Source of the DNA: Camelus dromedarius
Lineage: Eukaryota
Length of the DNA stretch: 64,000 bases
NCBI RefSeq assembly: GCF_036321535.1
Contig: NC_087436.1
Coordinates: forward strand, 39,372,001-39,436,000
Direction: 5' to 3'
Shown: positions 37,386 to 52,246 of the stretch, in pieces
Layout: every line of letters begins with the position of its first letter
Numbering within the stretch: position 1 is the stretch's first letter
Position numbers and translations under genes: made by a program
Notes under the pieces: model-generated
The model's database searches: none
The model's input: the letters and a program-made list of their open reading frames with translations, nothing else
What the model was told of the DNA's origin: nothing

Positions 37386-39128
37386 GTAATAGTTAACATT
37401 TTTGTCTGTGTGGAAATAAATACATCATCTTTTTCCCTCACTTCCCATGTCGAAATCATTGGCAGTTCCTGTAAGAAACAACTCTACAATAATAATCTAA
37501 ATATATCTACTTTTCCCTGTTTTTACAGCTACCTCTTTTCTGTTTGTCTTTCAGACACAAGTGCCTTTTTACTCTTGGCCCCAGCATCTGCAGGTCCCTC
37601 CTCCAGTGCTGGTAGCTTTTCCTTAATAGGTCTCTCCACAGTCAACTGTTCTAAGGTGACTTCACTGATGACCCTATTCAAAGAAGCTTATGTTTCTTCT
37701 ATCACTTTCTGTTATTACTCTTTTTCATAATTATTTTATTTTGCACTTGACTAGCTGAAGTTATTTACTTCACTTGCCCCCACTCAAAGGTAATCTATCA
37801 GGGCAGTGGCCTTGACTGTCATATTCATCACATCTCAAACACCCAGCACATAGGGATCACTCAATTAATATTTATTAAATGTTTAATATTTCTATTTTCT
37901 GCTCAACAAGCAAATTGCCTTTTGAATATTCAACTCCTGCTAGTGGATGCAGTATGTCCTCAAAAAGGACTATTTATAATATTGCTATTGAATTAGAAAA
38001 ACAAAGAAAAGTGAGTTCTAGTTTCTGATAAATTCAACTCATGTTACCACTAAGTCATGTTTTTTATTCCTGGTGCATGAAGCACACAAACGATGTAGGA
38101 CAAAATATATCTCAAACATATCTTGATTCTAACTGTAAGAGAGGATACCATTATTGTGTTTCCAAGTTCCAGAAACCGTGGAAATTTTTATCCTTTGACT
38201 TCACCAGTAATTCTATGATTTAACATAAGCAAGTCTGAACAGATCTTTACTGCTTAGTGTCTTGTTCTGTTAAAAGAATATAAAGCAAGCTTACCTCATC
38301 AAGATGCTATGTAAAAGTTTCTATTTATTCCAAGTACTGTAGGATTTTTGTGTCTATATTTGTGTGGAACGGCACATTTATTACATGGTGGTATCAAAAG
38401 ACTTTGTGCCACAAAGGATGCAACATTCTTAGAGATACTAGGGGATTATATTACATATGTTCGATTAATTTGGGGGATTGTGTTGCAGATAAATCTAAAG
38501 ATAAAATTGGAATTTAGCTAGACTGAAAAATTGTCTTAGATTATTTTAAATTGTGTTTTTAGAATACAACTCAGATATCTCAGGATAGCCTCAGTGAACT
38601 ATACCTTATAAACTTAAAAGTTTATAAAGTTTATGTGTGTGTGTATATTAGAACATTGAAGACATTCCTTATTTTGAAATGAAAAAAACTTTTTGATATT
38701 ATTAGTATTCATTTACTTGAGATCCCGTGGAACTCAACACAATAATAAAACACAAGAATAGGGAAAAAAAATCATCAACTTATCCAAGATATAACTCGGA
38801 TTCTTAAATAATTCTAAAAGAAAATGAAATTTGAAATATACTATATAGTTTCATAAGATACATTGTGTATAGAGTTTTTAAAAGAATTTTAAAATGTCAA
38901 AACAGTCTTACAGTTACCTTAATATAACTAGGAGTATTTTAATAGAATTCAGTAAAATAAAAAATATAATTTAATTTATAAAATTAGAATTTTTATTTAT
39001 AAATATAAAGTAGGCTTTTGAAATTCTGGAGCCATGAAAATGAACTAGCTTTATGACTTGGATAAAATCACCTAACCATTTTGTGTCCCAGGTTCCTCAA
39101 CTGCAATTCAAAGGGCATGAAATAATTC

Positions 39129-39670
39129 AGTGGTTCTCAGACATTTTAGTCAAGGACCCCTTTATCCTCTTAAAAACTGGGAACCTCAAAGAGCTCAATT
39201 TATGTTCGTGAGGATTATATCAATCATTATTTACAAGGTTAGAAATTAAAACCGAGAAAAACTTAAGAAATTCATTCATTTAAAAATAACTATCCCACTA
39301 TACGTTAGCATAAACAATATGTTTTATGAAAATAACTGTATTTTCCAAAACAAAAGATTCTTTTGAAAAGATTGGCATTGTTTTACATTTTTAAAAAATC
39401 TGTTTAATGTTTGGCTTAATAAAGAATGGCCAGATTCTCATATTTTTTCCTGCATTCACTTCGCTGTGTTATGTTGTTTTGGTTGAGGTATATGAAGAAA
39501 ATCTGGTCTCGTGCAGATATCTGGAAAGGAATGTAAGCCTTTAAAACTTCAATATTCTTTTCAGATAATTATGGATATTCTTCTTCATACTACATGGAAA
39601 CTTGACATGTGGTAATTTTTTAAAGCCTAGTTGCTATGTGAAATCTGAAATCATAGCAATGAATTTTTCA
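39129..39670. mobile_element. Charlie1-like hAT transposon fragment
   Basis: Terminus CAGTGGTTCTCA…AGGACCCCTTTA…CTCTTAAAAA…CAAAGAGCT. Confidence 0.75.
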
Positions 39671-42023
39671 TATCAAGAAGTTTGCCTTTTGTTAAAGTTT
39701 CATACCTTTTTGGGGAGTGGCTTGACAAAACTAATAAATGTTATGCCACCCTTTAGTATACCACTGAAGAATGATGTGATAAGAGTTTTTTTCCTTTATC
39801 TTTATTTGACTACTTTTCATTAATGAATATTCTTTCATTGTCTTGAAAATATTTATTTTTGGTGAATTTTCTCAAGGCTAGATGATAGATAGTTAAATAG
39901 ATATCATAGATTTCATAGTAAATAGATATCTTAGTAAAACGACGAACACTGAATATCATTAAGTTAGTTAGAAATTCTGTGAGTCTCTTCAAACTGAAAG
40001 ATAGAAGTAGATTGGTGGGGGAGGGGAGAAGGTAGAACATTATTATTAATATATTATTCTCAGGGTTATATTTTCAGATGCCTATGGACCTATATTGAAT
40101 ATCCTAGTGTGAACATCTCTGATGGGCAGGACAAAGAGGAAAGAATAAGAAGACATTGCCTAGATTTATAATAATAGTAGAAAATGAAACTTGTGTATTT
40201 GAAAGCCGTATGACTCATGGATAATTAGTATGTTTGCCTTGATTGGGCAGAGGAATAAGTAATGTTGCTAGCAAAAGAATGCATGTGTTTTAAAACAGAT
40301 TCTGGGAGGATTTGAATGGCTGTATGTAGAAGACAGATGGATAGCTGATTAGCATAAAGTATTGCTTTAAATATATTCCTCCATCAAAAGTGTTAGAAGT
40401 CGATCTGAAATTTGCCTCCAGCAGTCAGTCTGGGAAAGGAGAGGAAATGTGAAAATGTGATTATTTAATATTCAAAGAGGATTGCTCTGCAAATCTGGAA
40501 AATACAAAGATTCTCTATCAAAAGTTTGCCTTTTGTTAAATTTCATGTAATCTGTGAGGCAGTGGTTTAAAAAGCATCAGTTTGTTCTGATAGCATTATC
40601 TCATTGTACATACTCACTGATTAAACCTTTTATTCACCAATAAAATGTTCCCTATCATTAATTTTCATCAGAACAATATACTACAAATGGTAGCTTGTAG
40701 ATTCTGCTCTGTCATGCTTAACATATTGCATTATTCAATCGCTTTGGTATTCTCAGTATTAATCTTAGACTCTTAAATAATATCTTCTGGGTATTATGTC
40801 ATTTCTATCCATATTGTACTTAATAAATCATAGCAATTTGAACTAGATAATTAAATGAAGGTTGAATACTATGGACTAGAATATTCAAAGGGCACTACTT
40901 TTTGTTGACCAACCTTATTTAGAAGGTTTCATGGATGTTTTTCTTGGTTAAAAATAAATGTTCAATATAACCACTTTTTCCTATGACTCACATTTTAGAA
41001 GTAATAAGATTTTCATTATTAATATATTGAATAATATTCTTTAAATCATAGTTAAATATCTCTACTAAAATGTGTTGGAACTTGTCAAAAATGTTCCTAA
41101 TACAGTTTTTTAATTATATATATATAATTTTTTCAGAATTTTGTGACTTTTTATTCAATATTTCATGTTCTTTTCTAACTTATGGAAAAGTGAGTCAGTA
41201 TACAAATGTTCTGAGCATATTAATGTTTTTCAATTGTTTTTCACGCCCTGGCAATAAATGTGTTTGGCCCTGTGCACTTTATTTTTTCCCAAGACATCTT
41301 ATTAACCCCTTCCGGATACTGGAGTTTTTTTGTTGTTTTTTGTTTTTTCAGTAAGAGTAGGCCTACCTTACTGCCTTAAAGTGTATTATTAGGAACAATA
41401 TATATCAACTTTGAAGACTCTAAACTGGTAGTGGTAACCTATCCTTGAGCTGGATCAATAGAAATGTTTTTCCTTTTTTTACATTTTATTTGTCTTCTGT
41501 CTCTGGTCAATACCTTTTAATACATCTGTGACATGAAGTAAATTGATCTGTAACATGTTTCTCAATTTATGTAGCTGATTTCATACATTTTAAACACTGT
41601 AATCAATCTTTCTAGTAGTTGCAATTTTTCCCTACTCAGGGAAAATGTTGGTGGAAAGTTATAGCCATATAAATATGGCTTTTATACCCTTCTAGCATTA
41701 ATTTTATGTGCAACATTTAATTTTTTTCTAATATGCTTAAGAAAATGTAGAGGATTAGAAATTAATAAAAACTGATTAATTTAATTTTACTTTACAGTAA
41801 ATTTAAGTCATTAAATTGTTTTGTATTTTTGATGATTTATTCTTTTTATGTTAATGTTACAGTTTTTCTAAATTTTCTATATTACGTTCACAGTGAAAAA
41901 TCAGACTTTATTTTATTTTGCTATATGATATGTAAAATATAAGGTCCTAAACAACTGGAAGGAAATGTGCAAAATATAACCTCAATTATCTTGGAGTGGT
42001 GAGACTTAAGAATTTTAAGAACA

Positions 42024-42216
42024 GATAAACAAGATTATACTGTATAGCACAGGGAAATATACACAAAATGTTATGGTAGCTCACAGAGAAAAAAATGTGA
42101 CAATGAGTGTATGTATGTCCATGTATGACTGAAAAATTGTGCTGAATGCTGGAATTTGACACAACATTGTAAAATGATTATAAATCAATAAAAAATGTTT
42201 AAAAAAATAAGAAAAA
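42024..42216 (+). mobile_element. Young ~190-bp L1 3' end
   Basis: Perfect 16-nt TSD AAGAATTTTAAGAACA (42008-42023 / 42217-42232); homologous to 63717-63900. Confidence 0.9.
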
Positions 42217-43313
42217 AAGAATTTTAAGAACATATAACTATTCTGGATAAATAAGGGGGAAATGTCTTTTAAATTTAATTTTATATATGCAAGTCTTATG
42301 TCGAAATAATCAGAGAAAGTATCCTGAACTGTTTTATTTTACTTAGTGGTGTAGAAATATACAGAAGGAAATCAGATGAAGATTACACTTGTGGAATTGA
42401 GATAAAGAAACGAAAATACTCTAAAATTCTTTCCTACTTTATCTGGTGAATATTGCAGTTAATTACTTTATATCTTTTCAGTGATTATTTTGCTGAAGAC
42501 ACAGATCTCACTTCTGAGAGTAGGTAAATAAACATAGTCAAAGACCAAAGGTATTTTTGCGTTAATGTGGCTTATTCCAATGCTTCAGGAATTAGCTTGT
42601 TTAAAAGTAATTTATCAAGTACATGAGAAATCATAACTTCAGTATGGCATTTCAGAAGTTCTACCTAAATATTTTAGTTAGGTATTTCTTTTTATAAGAA
42701 ATATACCTCTTCAGTTTTGATCATTTTGACCCCAATGTTTTGGCCCTGAGGAAATATTAAATACAATTATTATAATTGGAGTACACAACTTGTGAACCAA
42801 CTTAGACAATTTTCCAACCAGTCAGTACTTTCAACATTACACTACAAGCCAGTTAGTTCCTCCATCAATTTTCTATGTAACTTAGTTAACATTTCCAGTT
42901 TTCTCATTTTTAGTTTCACTTTCACTGAAGTTACTCTCACATTTTATAATCAATATTTTTAATTCATCTAAATTGATTTTTTTCCTAAATAAAATGAACC
43001 ATAATTTTACTGTGAACTTTCCTTTTGTAACTGTTACAGCCATGCCATTTTTTTCTAGCCTAAATTTTACTTGATTTTTCTATATAAATGATTATTTTTG
43101 AAAAGATTATCTTGGAAAGAGTCACTCAATGCCTCTTCTCATAAGACATGAAGAAATATAAGAGACCCATGGAGAACTGTCTTCCAACAATAAGGCAAGA
43201 GGCCGAGAGGCTGCAGCTGTTCTGGTAAATTGACTGCTAAACTTTGGAATTAAGGGTGGCATCAATTCTTCCTTTTTTTTTTTTTTTTTTCTTGTCTATT
43301 TCTGTTTCCCAGA

Positions 43314-43457
43314 GGGGAGGGTATAGCTTAGTGGTAGAGCACATACTTAGCATGCATGAGGTCCAGGGTTTAATACTCAATACCTCCATTAAAAAAATAA
43401 ATAAAAACCTAATTACCTCTCCCCTCAAATTATAAAAAACAAAAAAACAAAAAAAAA
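43314..43457 (+). mobile_element. tRNA-Ala-derived SINE (vic-1-like)
   Basis: Same head and AAACCTAATTACCTC body as the other two copies, with an A tail. Confidence 0.85.
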
Positions 43458-43579
43458 CCCTCTTTCCTTCTGTGTGTCCCTTCACTACTGTTTCTTGCAT
43501 CTAGCATAATGCCCCAGCACCTAATACACTGCCTGGCATAGAGAAAGCCCTTATTTTTTTGAAAGACTAAACGAAGGAA

Positions 43580-44090
43580 TTCAGTTTCCTTTCGCTGCAG
43601 CAGCAAATTACCACAAACCCAGCAGCATAAAACAACACAGATGTATTATCTTACATTTCTGTTTCAGAAGCCCAGCATGGGTCTCACGGGGCTAAAATCC
43701 TGGTGTTAATAATGCTGAGTTCCTTTCTGGGGGCTGTAGGAGAGAATCTATCTTCTTGGCTTTTCTAGCTGCTTGAGGTCACCAGCATTGTTTGGTTCAC
43801 GGCTCCCTTTTCTCCATCTTCAAAGCCAGCAACATAGCATCTCTCTGATCCCGCTTTCCTTGTCACGTCTCTTTCTCACTCTCTCCTTTTTTGGCTGACT
43901 TCCACTTTTAAGGACCCTTGTGCTTACATTGGGCCCACATGGATAATCCAGGGTAATTAATGTCAGCTGATTAGCATCCTTAATTCTATATGCAGCCTTC
44001 ATTCCCAGTTCCCATGTAACATAAGATGGCAGCAGGTTCCAGGGATTAAGATGTGGACATTTTGGGGGGGGGGGGTCCATGTTATGCCTA
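43580..44090 (-). mobile_element. MaLR LTR (MLT1C/D-like)
   Basis: CAAATTACCACAAAC…AAAACAACAC…AGGTTCCAGGGATTAAGATGTGGACAT. Confidence 0.8.
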
Positions 44091-45640
44091 AATCTTGCAG
44101 AACAATGCCTATTTTGGCCAGTCAGATCTAGCTAGGGGGCAAGGTAGCAGCAGAGAAATTTAACTGAAGAAACCACTTAGAAGGATGTTATAAACAGGGC
44201 AAGCTTGCTGTCTTTTGCTTATCTAGTGAACCCAGTCATTGCACTGTGATTTTAAAAATACCACTAAACTAAATGATGCATAAATATATTAAAATGATTA
44301 TCCCTTGTGTTAGGATTATGGATTACTTAAGTGTTTTTTTTTAATGTTTTCTTATATTTACAAAGTTCTCCACAATAAGTGAGTTTTGCGTTTATAATGA
44401 AAATAATTTTTCTGAATTGCCAATCTCCACAGACTGCGAAAGTTACAAACACACAGAAAAGAAATAAGTGAAATCGCACATATAAAATTGCTATAAATGA
44501 CAAAGGCTAAATACACATAATGACCACAAACTCAACATAAGTTTGCCAATAAACATATTAAGAACACTGTGGATCACATTTCAAAATATGGTAAGATTAT
44601 CAAGTCATCCTGCTCTTACACTTGGCACAAGTTATTCATAGCATCCTACTTCTTTTCTGAATTTCTAGTAAATGTACCATGTAGAGGCATTAAAATGACT
44701 TAAAAAATTAGATGGAGTAAGTAAGAATTATTTCTTCTGATAAAGAAATTGGTGAACAATGGGTTAAAACATGGTCAGAGGACAAGAATAAACTTGGCAA
44801 GCACTGGGCTTCCTAGTGCTTGTCTCTGTCTTAGGTTGAGTTGTGAAGGGATCAAGAAGTAACCAGGTTCGGCTTCTAAAGATGCTCCCAGCTAGACTCT
44901 GGCTGCAGGTTATGGTTACTGAAAGCCCGCACATGCAAGTTTTGAGCCATTCCAGATGAAGCAAGGAATGTACCCCACTGGCTGATGAGACTCGGGTTTT
45001 GATGATTGATCCAGTACTTGGAGTGCCAGGGATAGGTGCCTGGAACATGGAAAACTGGTTTTATGCCTCAGTTTCCCTGTTCAGCACTCCTTCCCCGGAC
45101 TAAGACTAGAGTTCTACCCAGAACCTCAGCCTGTCCCAGATGGACTGGATCACCAATGCTATGCCAGCACCAACCCTAGAGCACTGATTCAAATCTGTCC
45201 AGGACAGCTGAAGTCACGCCGTGGAGGGTATAATTTTCCAGAACCACTATGCTTTTCTTAAATATGGCTATAAGTTTTTTTCATTTTCAAAGTCATATAA
45301 TTACATGACAGAACCTTAGAAAATTTAGAAAATAAGGACAAATTCAATACACAATACCCCAACCCCAACACAATCTTCTCATGGAGTTTGGTATAATTAT
45401 TCCTAGAAAGTTTTGTATGGGTAGTCATTTTTATAAGCAGGTAGAGCAAAGTTCCCAGCTTGAGAATAAACTGCTTACCACAGAACTCAGATACACCTAG
45501 CATGTCCCTAGGTCCTGCTGAGACCTGCCAGGAGACAGAATTGGGAGGAGGACTCTCAGATGGGATTCCTTCCAGCCTCATTGACCCATAGATGAGTTCT
45601 AGGGAGAGGGGACAGCAACTAAATATCAAAAACCCTTCTC

Positions 45641-45671
45641 ACCAACCAACCAACCAACCAACCAACCAACA
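45641..45671. repeat. (ACCA)n microsatellite
   Basis: About 7.5 perfect units. Confidence 0.9.
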
Positions 45672-47314
45672 AATGGAAGCCAGATCTCGTTACTGTTTGA
45701 GGCCCAGGTGTTACTTTATCACTAAAGTGAGAGAAGAGTGATTCTCACAGCTTCAGCAGTGAATGCAGTGGAACTTCTACATTAAGGGCTTGGGGACAGC
45801 TTCCTAGGACACTAATATGGGGGAGGAGGAAGAGAAGAAGCAAGATCTGATAAATGAGATGACTGAGTTCTTGAGCACACAGGTGATAACTTCTGAGAAT
45901 GTGCAGAGATGGGCCTTTTGAAGAAGGACAGCCGGCCTCACAGTTGAAGATAGAGGAGAGGACTGTTACTGCGAACTTGTTATTCTGCCTCCAGACTGGA
46001 ATGGCTTGAAGGAACTCGGGTCCATTTTGGAGGCTTTGGAGGAAAATGATATGCCAGTGCATTGTGCATGTGCTCCAACGACTGCTTTGTCCCCTAGAAT
46101 TCATGGATATATTTGAGACAATGGTGCAGACGTGATTAGAAGTCTGCCCTGTAGGCTCCTGGAAGGCTGGGACTGTGCCTACCTCATTTTCTATCCCAGC
46201 CCTTTGCACAGTGCTGCACACAGGAAGTGCTCAGTAAACATGTGCTCAGTAAATGCCAAATAAATGCCAAATGAGGCCTGGTGCATTTAGTTACATGTGG
46301 AACACTCAGAGGTTATCACTGATTTGGGGAAACCAGTGAATGCTCTGTGACGAGGCTAAATCTAAAGAGATCCAGTGGACTGCTTTAAGCTCCTCAGAGG
46401 GTGGGAACTGATCTAATGGCCACAAATCACTTGTGTCCTTGGTGCAGATAATCTGCACAACTGTGATGGAATACCGTGGCTGGACGTGGTGGTTTTGCTC
46501 TGAGAACATTAAAAGAAGACTCTTTGTACAGTTAGAAACCTGAGAACCAGGTGCTGATGACCCAAGCAGGATGTCCACTGCCAGGAGGGAGGGTTTGTGG
46601 GATGAATGCTCCCTGATATGTCTGCCACCGCCGCTGTGTCTGTGTCCCTGGGGTGAGCTGCGGCCACCCCTTGCCTCCCCGGGAGACCGTCCAAGACCAG
46701 CAGATGATCTTGAGCTTCATGAGGTTAAGAAACTGACTTGAAAGCAGAAGAAACAGAAATGACCACCACATAAGACTACTTCATGCAGATTCTATGACTG
46801 AGGTTGTATGAGTCAGAGAAGTAAATTTAAACTCAAAATTTTAGCAGCTTAACGTAACAAAAATACTTAACTTCTAGGGAGTGCAAATTCATACACACTG
46901 TCTCAAGGGTAATTTGGTAATGTCATAATAATTCACCATGTGCCAGTCATTAAATGAATTTTCTCATTTGCTTTTCTCAATAGTCCTACATAGTCCCGCA
47001 TCATGTACTAATATTAACTCCATCATGCAGATGGGGAACTGTGAGATGAAGTAAGTCATCCAAGAATGGACAGCCAGTGAGTAGCAGAGTGAGGCTTTAC
47101 ATGCAGGCAGCCAAGCTTTGGAAGCCAAGTTTTCAGTCCCTACACTGATCCATCTCTTTCTGTAGTGAGAGGTAAGGGCCCTCTGAATCCCTCTTCTGTG
47201 TTTTAGGAATTTGTTATAAGCACAAATAAGTATGTTTCTGAAAAGATTGGTGTTGCAACCCGGACTATAGTGGTGAAAGACTGTAAGCATCTAAAGTGAG
47301 GCAGCAGCGGGTGT

Positions 47315-47464
47315 GGGGGGAGGGTACAGCTCAGTGGTAGAGCACATGGTTAGCATGCACGAGGTTCTGGGTTCAATCCTCAGTACCTCCATTAAAACAA
47401 ACAAACAAACAAGCAAACCTAATTATCTCCCTCTCCAAAAAAAATTTTAAAAGAAAAGAAAAAG
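47315..47464 (+). mobile_element. tRNA-Ala-derived SINE (vic-1-like)
   Basis: A and B boxes visible; flanking near-duplication aaagtgag(g)cagca. Confidence 0.85.
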
Positions 47465-48715
47465 AAAGTGAGCAGCAAATCTTAGATATTAAGCCTCTGC
47501 AGGTCCTACAGTCAGTAGATCTGATCACCTACCATGGGACTTTGTGCAAGTCACTGACCTGTTCCAAACCTCTTCTGTATTGGAACAGTAATGTGCCAAC
47601 CTCACAGGAAATTAAAATAGGAAAATACTGCTTTCTGGATGGCTAAACTAAAGATGTGACTGCCTGCATTAAAATTAAAGTCCTTTAGAAAAATCTCCAA
47701 ACTTATGATAATATAATTATATAAATAAAGCAGTGTTTTGCTACGAACATGATCAGTTCAATCTTCAGTGAATTATAGTTTGAGAAACCTAGAGGGAAAT
47801 TGTAAAGAGTTAAATTTCTAAATCTGCAGCAGCTCTGATGAAACGATGGCTGTCCAGCCTGCCTCCCTCTGCTGTCTATCTGCATTTTTACATAAAGCAA
47901 CAGTCTACGAAGGCAGAGGTTCTACAGGGTGTGTGGTGTGTGTCCACTAATACAAGGTCTACTGTTGTTTGACTTTAGTTCAAAGACGGAAGGTTACTTT
48001 TTTGGTTTCGATTCTAGAAATCATCCTATCTGGTTCTACACCACTTTGACATCCAGGTAATTGTTCATGTTCCACCACAAGGGTCGTAAAAGGAAGTAAA
48101 CAGCCTTGAGGCAGTGATGTTTCAGACCAAGGGCAGCTTTGAATCTCACCTCTCTCACACTGGCCCACCAAGTGAAATACTGAGTTCTCTGTGTACTGGT
48201 AAAACAAAATGAAGGACACTTCTTTAAACCTTTTATCTTTACTGGAACTAATTTTTACTATTATGTTGTCTTTCTTTTCAATTTAGAAAGGTAATAAGAG
48301 AAAGAATTATAGGGGGAACTATGTTTCTGTTTCAATGTTTTGAACAGAGTAATCTGTTGAGTCTGACATTTTTTTAGAAACCTTGCACATGATTTTTAAA
48401 TAAAGTTTGCTGCTTCTTAAGGCTCATTTAAAGAAACTTCAAAATACAAAGAAATGTATGAAAATTATCTTGTGATTTCTACAATTCAGTGGGACTTATT
48501 TAAGATTAAAGTGCCAGTAATAATTTTTGCTGCCCAGCGGAAACACAGAACCTAGATCAGATGGTCCTGACTATGTATAACACTGACAGTAGCGTGTAGG
48601 AACAGGCACTGTATTCTGGAACATGCTGCTCCTGTTTTGAAATTTTGGACAACTTTTAAGAGAGGGTTTTTTTCTCCATAATCTTTCTGAGATAGAGTCA
48701 AACTTAAAAAAAGAT

Positions 48716-48905
48716 GTTTTTTTCTTTTATTAAAGTACTGTTGATTTACAATGTTGTGTTAGTTTCTGGTGCACAGCATAGTGATTCAGTTATACATTTA
48801 TTTATATATATATTCTTTTTCATTGTAAGTTATTACAAGATATTGAATATAGTTTCCTGTGCTATACAGTAGGACCTTGTTGTTTATCTATTTTATATAT
48901 AGTAT
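48716..48905 (-). mobile_element. Short L1 3' end
   Basis: GTTGATTTACAATGTTGTGTTAGTTTCTGGTG…CCTGTGCTATACAGTAGGACCTTGTTG. Confidence 0.8.
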
Positions 48906-51900
48906 CAAAGACTTTTTTGATCTCAGTCCGGATTTTATCCTTGGTGGGCCCCTGGTTTCTCACTGAAGATAGCCAGCAGCAGATGCAAAGGGGAGACATT
49001 GCACAAAGGCAAGAGCAGGCGGTGTTTGGTACCCAGGAAGAGACAGAGGAGTGATCAATATACAGTTAGGGGTTTTTGCACATCTAATTTTTGTTATTCA
49101 GGAAGTACTGCTTCTTAGAAGAAAAGTACCACAATTAGTCAGGATCCAGTCAGGAAAATAGGGCCCACACCAGGTAGTAAAATAGAATGTGATATAGGAA
49201 CCTGTTACAAAGGTCCTGAAATCTGAGGCCAACATGAATTTTTGCACATAGTGTCTTTAACGTGAGGCTGTTTCTTTCATTTAGGGAAGAATGTAGTAAA
49301 AACAGAACTTTTTCAGTTATTTCTTTCTTAGGACTATTATTTTCCCTGTATATTTTTGAAAATATGTTTAACACAGTTATTCTAAAACCCTTTCCTTATT
49401 TACTTTTCCTACTAATGCAACTCATACTCTTTAAAATATATAAAATATATATATTTAAAAAATATAAAAATTAACAATGCAGATTTTAGAAATAAAAAAT
49501 GTTGGGGGGGGGACTTTAAAATACCAATTATTCTATACCCAGAGATAATACTTTCAAATTTTTGGTTGAAAAATTTATAGAAAAATCTGTATAGTGTCAT
49601 ATAGCTTGTTACTAGCTTTTTTCCCCAGTGAACTTATTTTGTTTTTTCCCTACTTCATTAAATATTCTTCAGAAATTTTCCCTTTGGTGGGTTCAATATA
49701 TTCCAGTTCTAAATTTCTTTACCCTTTTATTGCTTTGGACATTGAGTTCATTTCCAGCTATGTTATTTCAAATAAAGCTAAAATGTAAAATTCTTATAAG
49801 CTTTTTCCTGCCTCTTTGATTATTTCCAAAACTAAAAGGAGTCCTACCTTCTTTTTGTCTCTTCTTAATTTGCAAGAGAAAAATCAGCTCTACTTGTGCC
49901 TTAAATGACATGGCTTCTTAAAAGTTAAAGAAAATTGTAACTTTAACATACAATTATATATAAAAATAATCAATTTCAGCAACCTCAGGCTTTCATGCCC
50001 CTTAATCCCCTCAATAGCCTCTTTGTTTTCTCTTTGTTTTCCTCTTAATGAACCTGATATTCTGCAGTATCATCGTTCAAGAAAAAGAATCTGATTTTTT
50101 CATATAGACTTTCTACTTTATTCAATACTCTAATTGGAGATAATATTATTTTCTACTATTTCAATAAACTATATTTCAGCTAAGTAATAAGCTTGGATAT
50201 ATATCCTTATACTTGATATTGTTTCTGTGGGAAAATGTATTCAGAGATCCAAATGCATATACATAAATGAACTTTAACAACACAATTTGCTTTTAAGTAA
50301 AGGACTTCTAGTATCTCAAAAAGTAAACCATATTAATTAACCTCATTTCATAATTCATATACTACCAAATAGCATTGTGCTTGAATATGTAATTCATCAT
50401 CTGGTCAAATATGACAAACCATCTTTTCTAAGGAATATATGTGTCTGTGTGTGTGCATTAAATATTAGATATGGTAGATTCTTTGAAATCTAGGCATTGG
50501 AATTATTAGCATGACCCTTAAATTATATTGATCTCTAGAAGGAGACTATAAACTGTATCAGTGAAGGTCCTGAGCAAACTATATAAAATAGCGTAGTCAC
50601 CTCTGTTGTTACTGTCCTTTTGTCCTGCTTTATTTTCTTTTTATAACATTTATCACCTGGCTTATAATATATTTATATGTTTTATATTTTTTGTATGCCA
50701 TCCTTCACTAGACTGTAAGCACCAGAACAGGACATTTCTTTCATTCTCTGTTTTATTCACAGGTACATAGTATGCGCTCAATAAATGTCTTATATGAGTA
50801 AATGACTATTATGTGAATAAACTGTAAGATTCTTTGTTTCCCGATTTGATACGATAAAAAAAACATATGACAAAATATTGAAAAATTTGTAAAGAAGCCC
50901 AAGTTTAAAAACTTGCAAGTGTCATATTTTTATTAGCCTTTAAAATATTGAATGTGTCACATCTTGAGTTAAATCTATACAAAAAAGAAATATGAATCTC
51001 AAAGCCTATATAGAAAATACATATTTTTTCTTTCCAAGTGAACTAAAGAGTTTTGTTTTAAAAAATATGAGAGGGACATAATTCTTTAAACCAAGTAGCA
51101 CTGCTAATGACTTTAGAAAGTGGTTGCCCTGAACTTCATTGAAAGTCACAAATATGTTTTTCATCTAATACAGACTTCACTTGCTTTATTCTTAATAAGT
51201 TAAACCTCCCACACCATAGAAATTATCCTTGGACAATGCATAACATGTAATTCAAAATTTCTGAAAATGAAGAATTCTCAACAATTCAAAGATAAACTGC
51301 TTAGTCTTGTTTTTTGGAGGAGCAAGGCTACAAAGAAATAATAATAAGATGACCAAGGTCAAACCTCGTCTGGCTCCCCACCCCCAACAATTCTTAGGCA
51401 TTTGTCACAGTGTTTAACAGAAGTTCCCAAAGGTAAATGGGGGAATGGAATTAGAATAGATTCTAAACAAATATTTATTAAGATCCACAACTGTATTCAT
51501 TGTTAGTAACTGGACCTCCAAAGCAGAGTAATGAATTTAAATACAAAATAGCAGGAGTAACTTTTTAATATTCATAAAAGGAACTACAAGTTGGGTTGGA
51601 AACAGTAGAGAAAGAATCATCAAAATCAGTCAGTCTTACAACCGAAGACTTTGTTTCATGCATCCCTGAGAGGTGAGCTTGTTAATGTACCAATGCCTGC
51701 ACATTTCTATTATCCCTCTTTTCTCTCTTTTTCACTCTACCCTTCCCCTTCCAGACCCCTTCCATCTCTCTCAACACAGCCACACCACACACCGATGCAC
51801 ATGCTTATCTGTTTTTGGTATGAAGCTATTGTCTTAATTTTATTGTTGGCAAGTTATCTTTACTAATGGATCTAGTTACAATTATTTCATTAGAACAATT

Positions 51901-52214
51901 ACAACAATAGCTGCCTATTAGCACAGAAAGGCATAGGAATTAAAAAAGTAATTCCCTTTTCTTTTTCTAAAGTACATACCTCTTAACAAAAGCAATTATT
52001 TTTGCCATTTCCTGCAGATATCAGAATGTTCGTATCACTAAAGAAGTAAGATTTTTTGTTTAGTTTGGCCTCTGGAAACACAAGGAAAGATATTTATATC
52101 AAAGACCAAAAAACCACCAAGAAATTTTACTCAACAATACTAATGCTAGCAAATCTATCCTAAGAAAATATTCTAAAATATGGAAAATTTTGAATGCAAT
52201 TATTGCTGTAGGCA

Positions 52215-52246
<32 letters not shown>

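Noticed and set aside
44760..46780. Cluster of 60-158 aa ORFs suggesting a pseudogene or protease exon
   Set aside because: Translations show no family motif, and part of the longest ORF runs through an L2 tail.
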